Assembly: GCA_013265495.1 (NCBI GenBank)
Contig: MU057809.1
Location: 1,665,062-1,729,061, forward strand
Reading direction: 5' to 3'
Source: Vicugna vicugna
Taxonomy: Eukaryota
Length of the DNA: 64,000 bases
The position numbers and the translations under genes are program-made. Positions within the stretch are counted from its first letter, which is position 1; each line of letters opens with the position of its first letter. Below are positions 38,314 through 49,460 of this stretch, piece by piece. A model generated the notes under the pieces. That model saw nothing but the letters and a program-made list of their open reading frames with translations. It was not told the DNA's origin and did no database searches.

Positions 38314-39077
38314 TTCTAACAGGAAGCACAGGAGAAAATCTTACGACCTTGACGAAGATTTTTCTTGTCAGGACACAAAAAGCGCTAGGCACAAAATGAA
38401 AAATTGGATGCATTGGCCATCATCAAAATTAAACGTTTCTGCTCATCGCAAGACAGCGTTAAGAAAATGCTCATCAAAAGACATCATTAAGACAAGACGG
38501 GCACAGACCAGATAAAATAGTGACAGCACATGTATCAGACAAAGGATTTGCATCCAGAATATGTAGAGAACTCTGCAAAGTAACAATAAAGGAACAACAG
38601 CTGATTTTTAAAGTGAACAAAAGACGTGACCATGCCCTTACAGAAGATCTAAGAATGGCCAATACATCTATCAAAGATTCTTAACATCTTAGTCACTGAG
38701 GAAATGCAAATTATAAACACAGCAGGTACAACAGCTAAGATAAAAAGGAGTGACAGGAGCAAATGTTGGCAAAGATGTGGAGACCCTGCAACTCTCAGAT
38801 GCTGCTGATGGAAATGTGAAATGGCGCAATCTCTTTGGAGGACTGTTTGTTACATAGTGAAGCATGTAACTACCATATGACTCTATCAAGTCCTCTTTGG
38901 TGTTTATCCAAGAGACGTGGAAACATATGTTCGTACTATGGCAGGTAAGAGAGTGTGTGTAGCAGCCCCACCAAAGCAGTCCCAAGTGGAAAACAGCCAG
39001 AGTGTGCATCACTGGAAGACTAAATAGTGGTATATTCAGGCAATGGAATACTACTCAGCAATAAAAAGGACAAACCA

Positions 39078-39578
39078 CACGCATACCTCCTAATCTTCTG
39101 CTTCATGTTGCTCTAATTTGCAGATACTGTATTTTGCTTTTTTTTTTTAACAAATTGAAGTTTTGTGGCAACTCTTCATCAAACAAGATTATGGGCACCA
39201 TGTTTCTAACAGCCTTTGCTAAGTTCATGTCTCTGTGTCACATTTTGGTGATTCTCATGATATTTCACACTTTTCCATTATTACATTTGTTATAGAGATC
39301 TGTGATCAGTGGTCTTTGATGTTACTATTGCAAAAAGATTATGACTCGCTGAGGGCTCAGATGATGGTTAGCATCTTTTAGTAAGAAAGTACTTTTTAGT
39401 TAAGGTATGTGCACTGTTTTTTAGACATAATGCTATTGTACACTTAATAGACTGCAGTATAAACATAACTCTTATATGCATTGGGAAATGAAAAACTCCA
39501 TGTGACTCATTTTACTGTGGTATCTGTTTTATTGGGGTGGTCTGAGAGCAGACCTACACTGTCTCTAAGGGACGGCTG
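39078..39578 (+). mobile_element. Tigger1 internal-deletion derivative (Tigger1a-like MITE)
   Basis: Starts cacgcatacctc (TIR CAGGCATACCTC), caaattgaagttttgtggcaac, gatctgtgatcagtggtctttgatgttactattg joined to aaaaagattatgactcgctgagggctcagatgat, ends ...ggctg followed by TA. Confidence 0.9.
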
Positions 39579-39609
39579 TACTGGTACATGCAGTGAAATG
39601 GGTGATGAT

Positions 39610-40515
39610 GATTTTTTATCAAAGATGATTTTTAGAGCAGTCTTAGGTCTACCGTAAAAACACGAGGAAGGTACAGAGATTTCCTGTACATCCCCTACCC
39701 CTGTATACACATAGCTCCCCCATTGCCAACGTCACTCAAGAGAATGGTAACCTTTTTTACCACGGATGAACCTACACTGACACATCAAAATCCTCAAAGT
39801 CTATAGCTTACACGAGGGTTCCCTCTCGGTGGTGTCCATTCTCTGGGTTTGGACCAATGACCGGCATCCATTATTATAATATCACACAGAGTATTTTCTA
39901 CCCTAAGAATCCTCTGTGCTCTGCCTGTTCATCTCTGGCGTCTTCCATCCTGTCCTGACCCCTGGCAACCACTCATCTTTTTATTATTTCCATAATTTTG
40001 CCTTTTCCCGAATGTCATGCAGTTGGCATCGTACAGTCTATAGCTTTTGCACACTGGCTGCTTGCACTTAGTGATATGCATTTAGGTTTCCTCCATAGCT
40101 TTTCACAAATTGATAGCTCATTTCTTTTTACTGTGGGATTGTGTCTCATTGCCCGAATGTATCACAGTTTCTTCACTCACCCACTGAAGGACAAGTTGGC
40201 TGCTTCTGAGTTTGGCAATGACGAATGAGGCTGCTGTACACACCCGTGTGAGGTTTCTGTAAGGACGTAGTTTTCAGCGTCCCTGGGTAAGCACCAAGGG
40301 GCACGGCTGCTGGGCCACACGGCGAGGTGCGTTTAGTTCTGTGAGAGACCACCAGCGGTCTTCCCCGTCGCGGGAAGTGGCCGCGCCGCCCCGCAGCCCC
40401 CGCGGCGGCGGACGAGCGCTCCCGTCGCTCCGCGTCCTCGCCGGCGTTCGGCGCGGTCGGCGCTGCGGATTCCGGCTGTTCTAGTGGCTGTGTGTGGTGC
40501 CCCGTCTTCTAACTT
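39610..40515 (-). mobile_element. L1MC-like 3' region; right part GC-converted
   Basis: tttttagagcagtcttaggt...gatgaacctacactgacacatca...cctggcaaccactcatctttttattatttccataattttgccttttcc. Confidence 0.85.
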
Positions 40516-40704
40516 GAGTGATTCTTAAGAACCGCTGGAGCGAGCAGCACGCAAAGCAGGATGCGCCGCGCGGCCGCGCTCACACGAAGCGCCAGCGCGG
40601 CGAGGCGAGCAGCGACGTCGGAGGCCGGAGCGCGTCTGCCGGGCGGCGGGCGGCGACAGACGCGAGCGAGAGGGCGCTCCGCGGGGCGCCGGGGACGTCC
40701 GGCC

Positions 40705-41150
40705 TCGCTGCCCGGCGCGGTGGCCACTAGCCCCGCTGCGCGCAGGGAATTGAGGAAGTGGGTGTCACATTTTATTTAACTTTAGTTAAATTGTAGGTTT
40801 AAAGCTTAAAACTGAAGCAGTTGAGAGTATTTTCCCCTTAAACACAGCTCTTTTGTTTTGGTAGGGCTTCATCTCACGTTAACAGTTTAGAAGGCGGCAT
40901 CTGAACTGAGCTGTGCCAGAAGTATAAAATACACACCAGGTTACGAAGACTTGTTACCCAACAAGAGTAAAATTTTTATTATAGTTTAAATCTTCCTTAC
41001 GTGTTAAAATGATACTGTTTTTAATGCACTGGGCTAAAAGGTGGTATTAAAGTTAATTTCACCTCTTTCTTTTTACTTGTCTTAATGTGGCTACTAGGAA
41101 ATGTGAAATGACATGTGTGCTCTCATTCTGTTGCTACCGGACAGGGCGCG
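40705..41150 (+). mobile_element. MER33/Charlie1-like hAT element
   Basis: ggtggccactagcc...gtataaaatacacaccagg...aatgtggctactaggaaatgtgaaatgacatgtgtgctc...ggacagggcg. Confidence 0.8.
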
Positions 41151-42940
41151 GCTCTGTCTTGCTTTGGGCGGTGGGTGTGCCTGAGTGAGGCGACCGTCAA
41201 AGCTCAGGGAACCGAAGGCCTCAGAGCTGTGCCTTTTACGGTATGTTAATTACAGCTCCACAACCCCTGCTTGACTAATTTATGGCTGAAGAAATCAGGT
41301 GAGGGGAGGGCCAGCGACCGGAGGCCAAGGAGGGCACTTCCGGGGAGCGGGAAGGTTCTTCCTGGCGGGGAGGCTGATGAGACAAGTGAACGCTCGCTGA
41401 ACGTGGTGTTGGAAGGTCAACATATAATGAAGATACATTATTATTTGTAAGATCAATTGCTATATAGAGGTGATACATAGACACAGATATGTACATGTCA
41501 TCTCTATGTAGAAATCTTTAATGTCAATAAGATGTATAAAATATATATGGTGCCCAATATGTATCTCTTATATATATATTTCTTTCTTTAATACAAAGGT
41601 AAAAAATACCTGTTGGATACTGACTGTGAGTCTTTCTTTAAAATTGGGCTTTGCTTTATAGTGTGTCCAAGGAGTTTGATCTTTTGCATTTAAAAGGCAC
41701 ATTTCTGCAGAGCAGCTGGCCAATGAGTCAGGCGCTGCCCTGGCAGCCCCCGTGTTTCACAAGCAACAAGGTTCCGCAGCCCAGGACTGGTTCCCTCATA
41801 CCCAAGTCTCTCTGGCTGGAGGACTTGCCCCGTCTGAAGGAGCGGAGACCGTGGCCCAGCTGCTCCCTCCGCCTGCGTCCCGATAAAGCAGCCCCCTGCG
41901 CCGCGCCACACCCAGCCTCCCGTCAGACCTTGTCACCCTCAAAGTAAACTCCAGCACCAACGTGTGTGGGCTCGAGCTCGGTTTTCAGGGGAACTAAAAC
42001 CTTTCGACCAAGAAGACTGTTCCGTCCGCTGCAGCCAAGCCACCTGGTGACATGAAGGACACAGACTCTGAACCAAAGGTGACAGGGCTGAGGCGGCCCT
42101 CTGGCAGAGGGTAGGGGTTAATCGCTCAGACCTGTGTGTCCAGACCACAGTTCTGGGCTGCTTCAGGCACAAACACCAGATACACACTGGGGCTCTCCAC
42201 TGGGGGTGTGGAGGGACAGGAAGTCAGCCCTGGGCCAGCAGGGGGAGGTGGACCCAGACTGTGTGGCGGGGGGCAGGCTGGCCAGCAGCTCAAGGTGATG
42301 TGGTCAACCTCAGCTCCATCCTCCTCTTTGGGGGGGAGGGGTCAGGCCTGTGGATACGGCGGGGCTGTGTGAATGGAGGAAGGATGGAGGGACAGCCAGC
42401 GCTGTGATGGAGGTAGGTGTGAGCTTCAGACCTGGTGGACCTGGGCCGTGGACACAGGCCGTGATGCTGGCAATGCAAACTTGCTCAAATTACTTAATTT
42501 CTCCAAATTTCATTTCCTCTCCTGGAACAGGAGGTAATCATAGTGCTTACAGCGTTGTTTGGGAGACAAGGTAAATGGGCTAACGTAGGCCAAGTGCCTG
42601 GTTAAAGGTATTGCTGGTTCTGGGGGTGGTTCCTCAGCAGGACCCCAGCCAGTGACTGGACAAAAGGCAGAGGGGAGAATCTCCCAGGAGCTGGTCAGGG
42701 CCACAGCCCCGGACAGCCCGGGACAGGCTCACAGGAGAGGGCCGGCGGCTAGTCAAAGCCCGGAGCAGAGCTGGGCCTTAGGCTGGGTTCTCCAGAAGCT
42801 GATCGTCAGGGAAGGTTCGAGTGAAAGTGGAATCCTCTGAGACAAAATGTTCCCAGGAAACCTGGGCGGGGAGAAGGAAGGTGGGGCCAGGAAGGGAGGA
42901 GGCCGAGGGAGAGGCGTGCGGTCGCCGGAGGGCGCCCAGC

Positions 42941-43198
42941 GAGCCGGCCCTCCTGTGCTTGTGCCCCTCCCCCATCGAGCAGGGCAGCCCTCTCCCCTTC
43001 GAGTAGGGCAGACCTGTTTGATGGGAGGCCACAGGGCTCCTGAGCCTAGGTCACAGACACGTGGGGAGAGCCGGCCCTCCTGTGCTTGTGCCCCAAGTGG
43101 CCCTCTCCCCCATCGAGCAGGGCAGCCCTCTCCCCTTCGAGTAGGGCAGACCTGTTTGATGGGAGGCCACAGGGCTCCTGAGCCTAGGTCACAGACAC
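42941..43198. repeat. Tandem duplication (120 bp + 131 bp)
   Basis: 42941-43060 repeated at 43068-43198, identical apart from an 11-bp indel. Confidence 0.95.
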
Positions 43199-43485
43199 TG
43201 CGGTCACATCCTTGCTTCCTGGCCCTGGGGGAGGCCAGCCACCGTGCTGGGGGGCCACTCAAGCAGCCTGTGAGGAAGCCCCCAGGCCCAGCTGAGCCTT
43301 CAGATGAAGCCATCTTCACTGACATCCTTACTGCAGCCTCATGAGAGACCCAGACCCAGGGGGGCCCAGCTAAGCCACATCCAAGTTCCTAACTTACAGA
43401 AACTGGGAGGTAATAAATGTGTGTGATTATTTAAGCCACACAATTTAGGGTGCATTGGTTGACATGGCAACAGAGAACTGATAAA
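43190..43485 (+). mobile_element. MLT1 (E/F-like) LTR 3' part
   Basis: gagccttcagatga...ctgcagcctcatgagagaccc...cccagctaagccacatccaagttcctaacttacagaaactg. Confidence 0.8.
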
Positions 43486-43904
43486 GTCATTCTGACTCAA
43501 CTGCACGGAGGTGGGGGGAGCTGGTGACAATGCAGGTCTCACCTCTGAGTGTCCCCACCAGTGGGAGCTGGAGAATGTACACCCCCAAGCCCATAGGTCC
43601 TCAGGGAATTCTGGGGGTGGGCTGGGGACAAAATCCACAGGCAGGGAAGGGGGCTCCTGCGGCTGGAACCCAGCCTCCCACCAAGGGACCCAGGGCCTGG
43701 CTGCTGGGACCCAGAGCATAGTGGGGGCTGCATGCACCTCACCGCAAGGACACACGGGGGAGCCCCAGCAACTCTGCGGCAGGGGCAAGCGCGGCGGCTC
43801 TGTGGGCGTGGGGGGCGTGGGCGGGCCGCCTGTGGCCAGGACGCAGAGCTCAGTGACCCGTGGGGAGGTGGTGGCAGCCCGTGGCGGTGAAGACCTTGGG
43901 TCTG

Positions 43905-44070
43905 GCTTCCGGAAGCTGGGTTTGAGCCTGGGCCAGTTGACCTCTCTGAGTCTCACCTATGCAACGGGGCAATAACAGATCCTAGCTCACAGGGTTGCTG
44001 TGAAAATCCAGTGAGGGCTCCTGAGCTGGTGGCCCACCCGTGGAAGCACCAGGGATGTTAGCTATTCTTC
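43905..44070 (+). mobile_element. MIR SINE
   Basis: ctgggccagttgacctctctgagtctcacctatgcaacggggcaataacagatcctagctcacagggttgctgtga. Confidence 0.65.
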
Positions 44071-46519
44071 AGTGTCATCACCACGACTGGGAACAGGAAG
44101 CAGGGAGCCAGCTTGAGGCACTGGCGCAGACATCTCTGAGCGCCCCGCCAGTGGGAGCTGGATCCACAGCCTGGAGCAGAGCTGGGGACGCCCGGGCCTT
44201 GAGAGAGCTATGCTGCCATCCAGCTCTCTCTGAAGCCGGGGACAGGGTGCAGCGCCTCTCTGTTCATCAGCCACTGGAAAGACCCCCACCCCAGCTCTCC
44301 TGGGAACACGGCAGGACTGTGACAGTACATGAGGGCTGGGGGGTGGGGGAGCCTGCCCAGCTGGTGTTTAGTTACCGGAAGCCTGCTCTGAAAGCCCCCT
44401 GCCCTCAGACCCTCGGGAGTGCCACAGCGTCTATTCTCCTGCGCGTCTTGGCCCACGTGGTCACTCCCAGCCTGCTGACTTAGATGGGGGTGCAGGACTG
44501 TGAGCCAGGCAGGCACCACTCGACAGCTTCAAGCTGTGTGTTCAGGCTGAAACCTGCCCCCTGGGGAACCCAGAGCCAGGGATGCTAAACTCCGGAGGCA
44601 CCTCTGTGATCGCATCCCACCCTGGCTGCCTTCTTAGTGGCACTGCCTTCCGCTGTCTACACATGTGTTTCTAGGACCCAGGGTCCCAGCGTGGCCCCAC
44701 AGAACTCCGGTTCTTGGGAACTGGACTGGACTTGGGGGTTCAGAGATCACAGACACGGGGCTGCCTTCCTGTGACATCCTCGATTGAGTTCGATTTAGTA
44801 ATGACTGATGCAGCTCTCGGGCCCTTTCTCTGATGAATCCAAGCTGTCTGTCAAGTGGGAGCTACGGGCAGGAGAGAAGCATTATTATTCCAAAGCTCCC
44901 TCATCAGATTAACAGTAAGCACGTGGGGAGAATCAATGCGGTAATAGAGGCAGGGCTGCCTCCAGATAAGAGGGCTGCTTTTCAAGCATGTAGCCTACTT
45001 ATGGGCCATATGTGTCCATTTTCCTCTCCTAGCTTCTCCCTTGAGCTCTCCCAGGCGAGCTGATGATCGTCTGTAGACAACGTGTCAGCAACATCGACCA
45101 CCATCACCCTCACCCTTTATCCCTGCCCCATCTCCTGCCCGTGCCCACCGGGAAGATTAGACAAAACTCCATTGCTTCCTGTCAGAGCAAAGACATTTTT
45201 CACGACTCTTCCAAAAGAAATTTTTATCTCCCCACGATTGATCTTTTCCGGCAACTTTAAGGCCATAGTAGACAGCAAACTTCAGAAATCATTTCCCCAA
45301 ATGGATTTCCCCTGTGCCCCTCTCTCCATAACATTTAGTTTTCCCAAGTCATAGCTTGTCAGCAAGTGACTTTAGCTTGATGGCTTTCATTTCTATCTTC
45401 CGGATTCATTATTCAGAGTGGGTGGAGGTGGAAGGCAGGGGAGCTTTTCTCCAGAGGGCATTCCTTTCTAAATGGAAGGAAATGATTCTCTGGTTGTGCG
45501 TTAGAGAGAGCGGAGTGAGGCTGAAGGTGGCGGTGGTAGGAACGTGGGCAGGACAGCAGCCGGTAGCGGGTTGAGAACCTAAGGGTGGTGTGAAGCCGGG
45601 AATGGACCCAGAGGAGGCTGATGGATGGAGTGTCCAGAGTCCAAGCGCGGTATGACGCGTGGCCAGCCTTGCGGATTCCTTTTGGCCCCCTCGCCCACCC
45701 TGCATCCTGGCCTGTTTCACACACTCCCCGTTTAGAAGGAGCTCCAGACTTCTGCCCTGTCACTGGAGGCTCCTCCTGAACCGCGGCCTTTGCCGGGCTG
45801 CGCCTCCCGCCCGACGTCTTGTTCCGAACTCTCCCAGCATCTGAGCTCGTGGGTCCCCCAGGGGCTGTGTTTCTGTTTCTAGCCTCCCCTTGCCCCTCGG
45901 ACTTGATGCTTTGATAGAACTCCAGTTTTTGCCTTGAGCTGCTTGGTACTGGCTCATGTCAGCTTCCCTCCTTCTGCCTGCGGTGCCAGCCGCCCGGCCG
46001 GCCGGGCAGTTTCCCTTGCCTTCCCCGCACTGCGAACGCGACGGAGGAAGCCCGGCAGAGGCAGGCAGGCTATGGCCCGCTTTGCTCCGCGGGCACCTCT
46101 TCCCGGGACGCGGTCTCTCTCCGCTTATCCCGAGGTAACATCACGTTTGCAGGTGTAGCCCTTCGGGCACCAGTTCTCTCCCACACCCCGCTTTGCGGGT
46201 TGGCAATGGGTCCTGTAAGGATGGCTTGTGGCCTGCCCTGCCTCCACAGTTTTTAAAAATGCCAGACTAGAACTACGACTTGCCGTCCATAGCCTATTAA
46301 AGTGTGTCTTTTCACGTGAACTGAACCGCACAGCCTGTCGCCAAACACGCCAAGTCAGGGCGACCCCCAAACGCGGGCACGGAGCCCATAAATCCGCAGC
46401 TACCGTCACTCCATTCTTCCCTCCCTTTAAGGCTTTAAGATCAGAGCCTGTATAAAATTGGACACAATCTAAACGCTCAGCCACGGGGGACAGGCTGAGA
46501 TGCGCCCCAGTCCTGCTCA

Positions 46520-47070
46520 ACGACGCCTGCGTGTGCAAAGGCGGTCGTGGGACTCAGGGAGGCGGTTCCGAGGGGGACCGGCGGGCTGAGGCCGCGCCTT
46601 CCGCGTGAGCCCAAGCCCTTCGTGCCCGCGGTCCCGGCTGGGCCACCGGCTTGCAGGGCTGGGGACCACCTGTGTCCTCCTCCAGGTCCTGCTGGGCAGA
46701 GTCTCCGGAGTTAGCGGCGGGAACGCAGCCCTGGCTGGGTGGGCCCAGGGGCTGCGGGGCGGCGGGGTCCGCTGAGGGACGGGGGTCGCCTGCGGCAGGG
46801 CCGCTGCCCCACGCCGGGGCCTGGGGAGCGCGGAGGCGGCGGAGGCGGCGGGGCGGCGGCCTGCTCGCTGCCGCGCCCTGCTGGTGGCACATTTCTTCAG
46901 GTGACGGCTTCCCTTTACTCTTCAGTGCCCATCTTGATTTTTTTTTAATGTGATTTACACTGAGGCGCAGAATAAAGAGAAGCACGCTATGCTTACAGGT
47001 TACAAAGCTGGTTTCATGCGCTGCTCGGGTTTACGTTCCAGCGCGCTCCGAGTGCGCACATGCGCACACC
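46520..47070. promoter_or_regulatory. CpG-island-like region with candidate CTCF and NRF1-like motifs
   Basis: CpG-dense, (GGC)n-like tract 46831-46860, ccctgctggtggcac at ~46876, tgcgcacatgcgca at ~47053. Confidence 0.5.
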
Positions 47071-47166
47071 CCTAACCTCATGAAGATCTGAGAGCTGACA
47101 CTGGACCCCGAGCTGGGGTGCCGGTGTTGTCGTAAAGACGGGGGTAGGTTAGGGTCCCCTGGACTG

Positions 47167-47250
47167 AGGGTTGCCAGATTAAATTTGAATTTCAGAGAAA
47201 CAAATTCTTCTCCAGTATAAATATTTTTATTTGCCCTACCTGGCAAGCCT
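47167..47250. mobile_element. Internally deleted MER53-like hAT element
   Basis: agggttgccaga-ttaaatttgaatttcagagaaaca...cctggcaagcct with imperfect terminal inverted repeats. Confidence 0.65.
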
Positions 47251-48236
47251 GCCTGATTTGTGAGAATAAAAGCTTAGATGAGAATCTACTGCTTCTCGGG
47301 AGGGAGGGGGAGAGGGGGCGCTTCTTCCTTACACATCTCTCTGCGAGCACAAACCCCCTTTGGGACCGACTTTCTCCAATCACAGTTTCTCTGCCAATTT
47401 ACTTTCCGGTGTCTCCCGAAATGTTCCCTTTCTGAGAGAACTCAATCTCGCTGTCTCCTGTTTGCCTGGAATTTACATATAATGAGCCTCCTCACCGTCT
47501 CCCTGGCAACGGGGCCTCCCCAGCAACTCTCTCAGCCTCAAGACAGAAACCCTGCAGAACACTCTATTCTGGAAGCGGCTGGCATCACTTCCCGCCTAAC
47601 GTTCTTTAAACAACATTTAAACAAGATTTGGAAACTAGTTCCATCACATATTAACTTCTCCCTTTTCGTTTTTGGGGAAAGGGCGCATGGACATCTTTCT
47701 CGTACAGAGCAGGAGCTAACTTTCTCTAAGCTCTGTGTCTCAGAGAAGCCTCCAGGCCTCGCTGAGCAGCCACACAAGCCTGGCGCTAAGGACCAAGGGA
47801 TTCGGGGGTGGCGACGGGCACACTGGGGAACGGGAGACAAGGGCCCCCTTTGTTGTGTTCCTCACACATCTTGTGCTTTGAAAGGTTTTGTTTACTAAGT
47901 TACATTTATTAAGAAATACTGAATTCATTTAGAAATGATTATTATTAATCAAAGACATACAGAGCAATCAGCATGTGTGCTGATCCTGAGCGAACCAGTG
48001 TTTCCCACGGAGTGGACACGATTCCGAAAGCAAAGATGCCCTGCATTTCATCAGCCTGAGTCCTGTCATGCTCTGTTAATGTGTCGGTTCTTTCCACGAA
48101 GCGTTAGAAATACAGAAGCAAGACTAAGACTCCGCTGCTGTCCGCGGGAATGCTGGGGTGGGGCCAACCTTGGGACGGAAGATGGAACGGCCCCAGAGGA
48201 GAAGGATTCGGGAAGAAAGAGGGGAACACAGGGTTA

Positions 48237-48238
<2 letters not shown>

Positions 48239-48283
<45 letters not shown>
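48239..48283. repeat. (TG)n(CG)n microsatellite
   Basis: tgtgtg...tgcgcgcgcgcacgcg seen directly. Confidence 0.95.
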
Positions 48284-49006
48284 GGGTTGCGGTGGGGGGG
48301 CGGGGTTGAAACCTCCACCAACAAGCCATGATGCCAGTACAACAGACTGATTACATTCTAAAGTTTGACATTCAGCTGCCTGTGTTCAGATCTCACCTCT
48401 GCCACTCAGTTGTGGAGCCCTGACCTCACGAGCCTCAGTTTCCCCGTCAGTGAAATGGGGCTGATCATGGTACAAACTTGTACCATTTAAGCTCCGCGTG
48501 GATGCAAAGAATGTAAAATTCAGCTCAAACTGAGATGGTCCCTTGTTTATTTCCACTTCTGGGCAGTGTCAGATTCATCATAATATAATTATAATATGAC
48601 TGCCAACCAGTCCTGGAGCTAGAAATGTCACAGGAGAGTGATAAAGCATCTTTCATACAGCCCCCATTAAAACCTCCCCCTAGGGTTCATGGACTGATTT
48701 GGGTGGTTTGACCACATCTGAACCAGTCACGGTCCAGGGCACGAGATCACATTGGTCAGATCAGGCCTGAGGGAACTACCCTTTCTCTAGAGCAGAAGTG
48801 GACTTATCTCCAAAGAACACTCCTGAATGGAGATCAGATACTCATGGGAGAGTCATGAAGACTAAGAAGTTAACACCTGCACACAGTGAGTGCTCAATAA
48901 ATGTTAACTGTTTATTGGTTGCTATTATTTTCCCAGTGAAATCCACTTAACCAACAGTCTTATGAAAAAATTTATTCTACTGAAAATGTTTCTGCCCATA
49001 TCTCTT

Positions 49007-49378
49007 CACCATCACCATCGTCATCATGATCACCTCCATCACCACCATCATCATCAGCATCATCACCACCACTATCACCATCATCATCACCACCATTGTC
49101 ACCACCACCATCATCACCATTATCACCACCATCACCACCACCATCACCACCATCATCACCATCACCATCATCATCATCACCACCACTATCACCATCACCA
49201 TCATCGTCACCACCATTGTCACCACCACCATCACCATTATCACCACCATCACCACCACCATTATCACCACCATCATCACCATCACCACCATCACCACCAT
49301 CATCACCACTATCACCATCACCACCACTATCACCATCACCACCACCACCATCACCACCATCACACGGACACCATCACT
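49007..49378. repeat. Imperfect (CAC/CAT)n trinucleotide array
   Basis: ~370 bp of caccatcaccaccat variants, between MIR remnants. Confidence 0.95.
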
Positions 49379-49460
49379 GGCTGAGTGGCTGCTGAGTTGC
49401 CGACACTATTTCAGATGACTCACATGCCTGTAACTAATCCCTGGAACAAGTTGTGACGTG

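Larger units (their letters stand above)
38320..41275 (+). mobile_element. Old L1M (ORF2 end and 3' UTR) interrupted by three nested insertions
   Basis: catcaaaattaaacgtttctgctcatc...caatggaatactactcagcaataaaaagga; resumes at 39581, 40515 and 41150 (tgtgccttttacggtatgttaattacagctc). Confidence 0.8.

Noticed and set aside
40215..40745. ADAR/APOBEC editing or retained ancestral CpGs as the cause of the GC patch
   Set aside because: A->G and T->C occur on the same strand and span a DNA transposon; APOBEC gives the opposite direction; most new G/C positions are not CpG in sibling or recalled consensus sequences
42941..43198. CRISPR-like or satellite array
   Set aside because: Only two long direct copies with no repeat-spacer pattern, in a mammalian context
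48962..49418. Poly-His, poly-Thr/Ile, poly-Pro/Ser and poly-Met/Val ORFs
   Set aside because: All are translations of the (CAC/CAT)n array, which is stop-free in several frames; no domain or splice context
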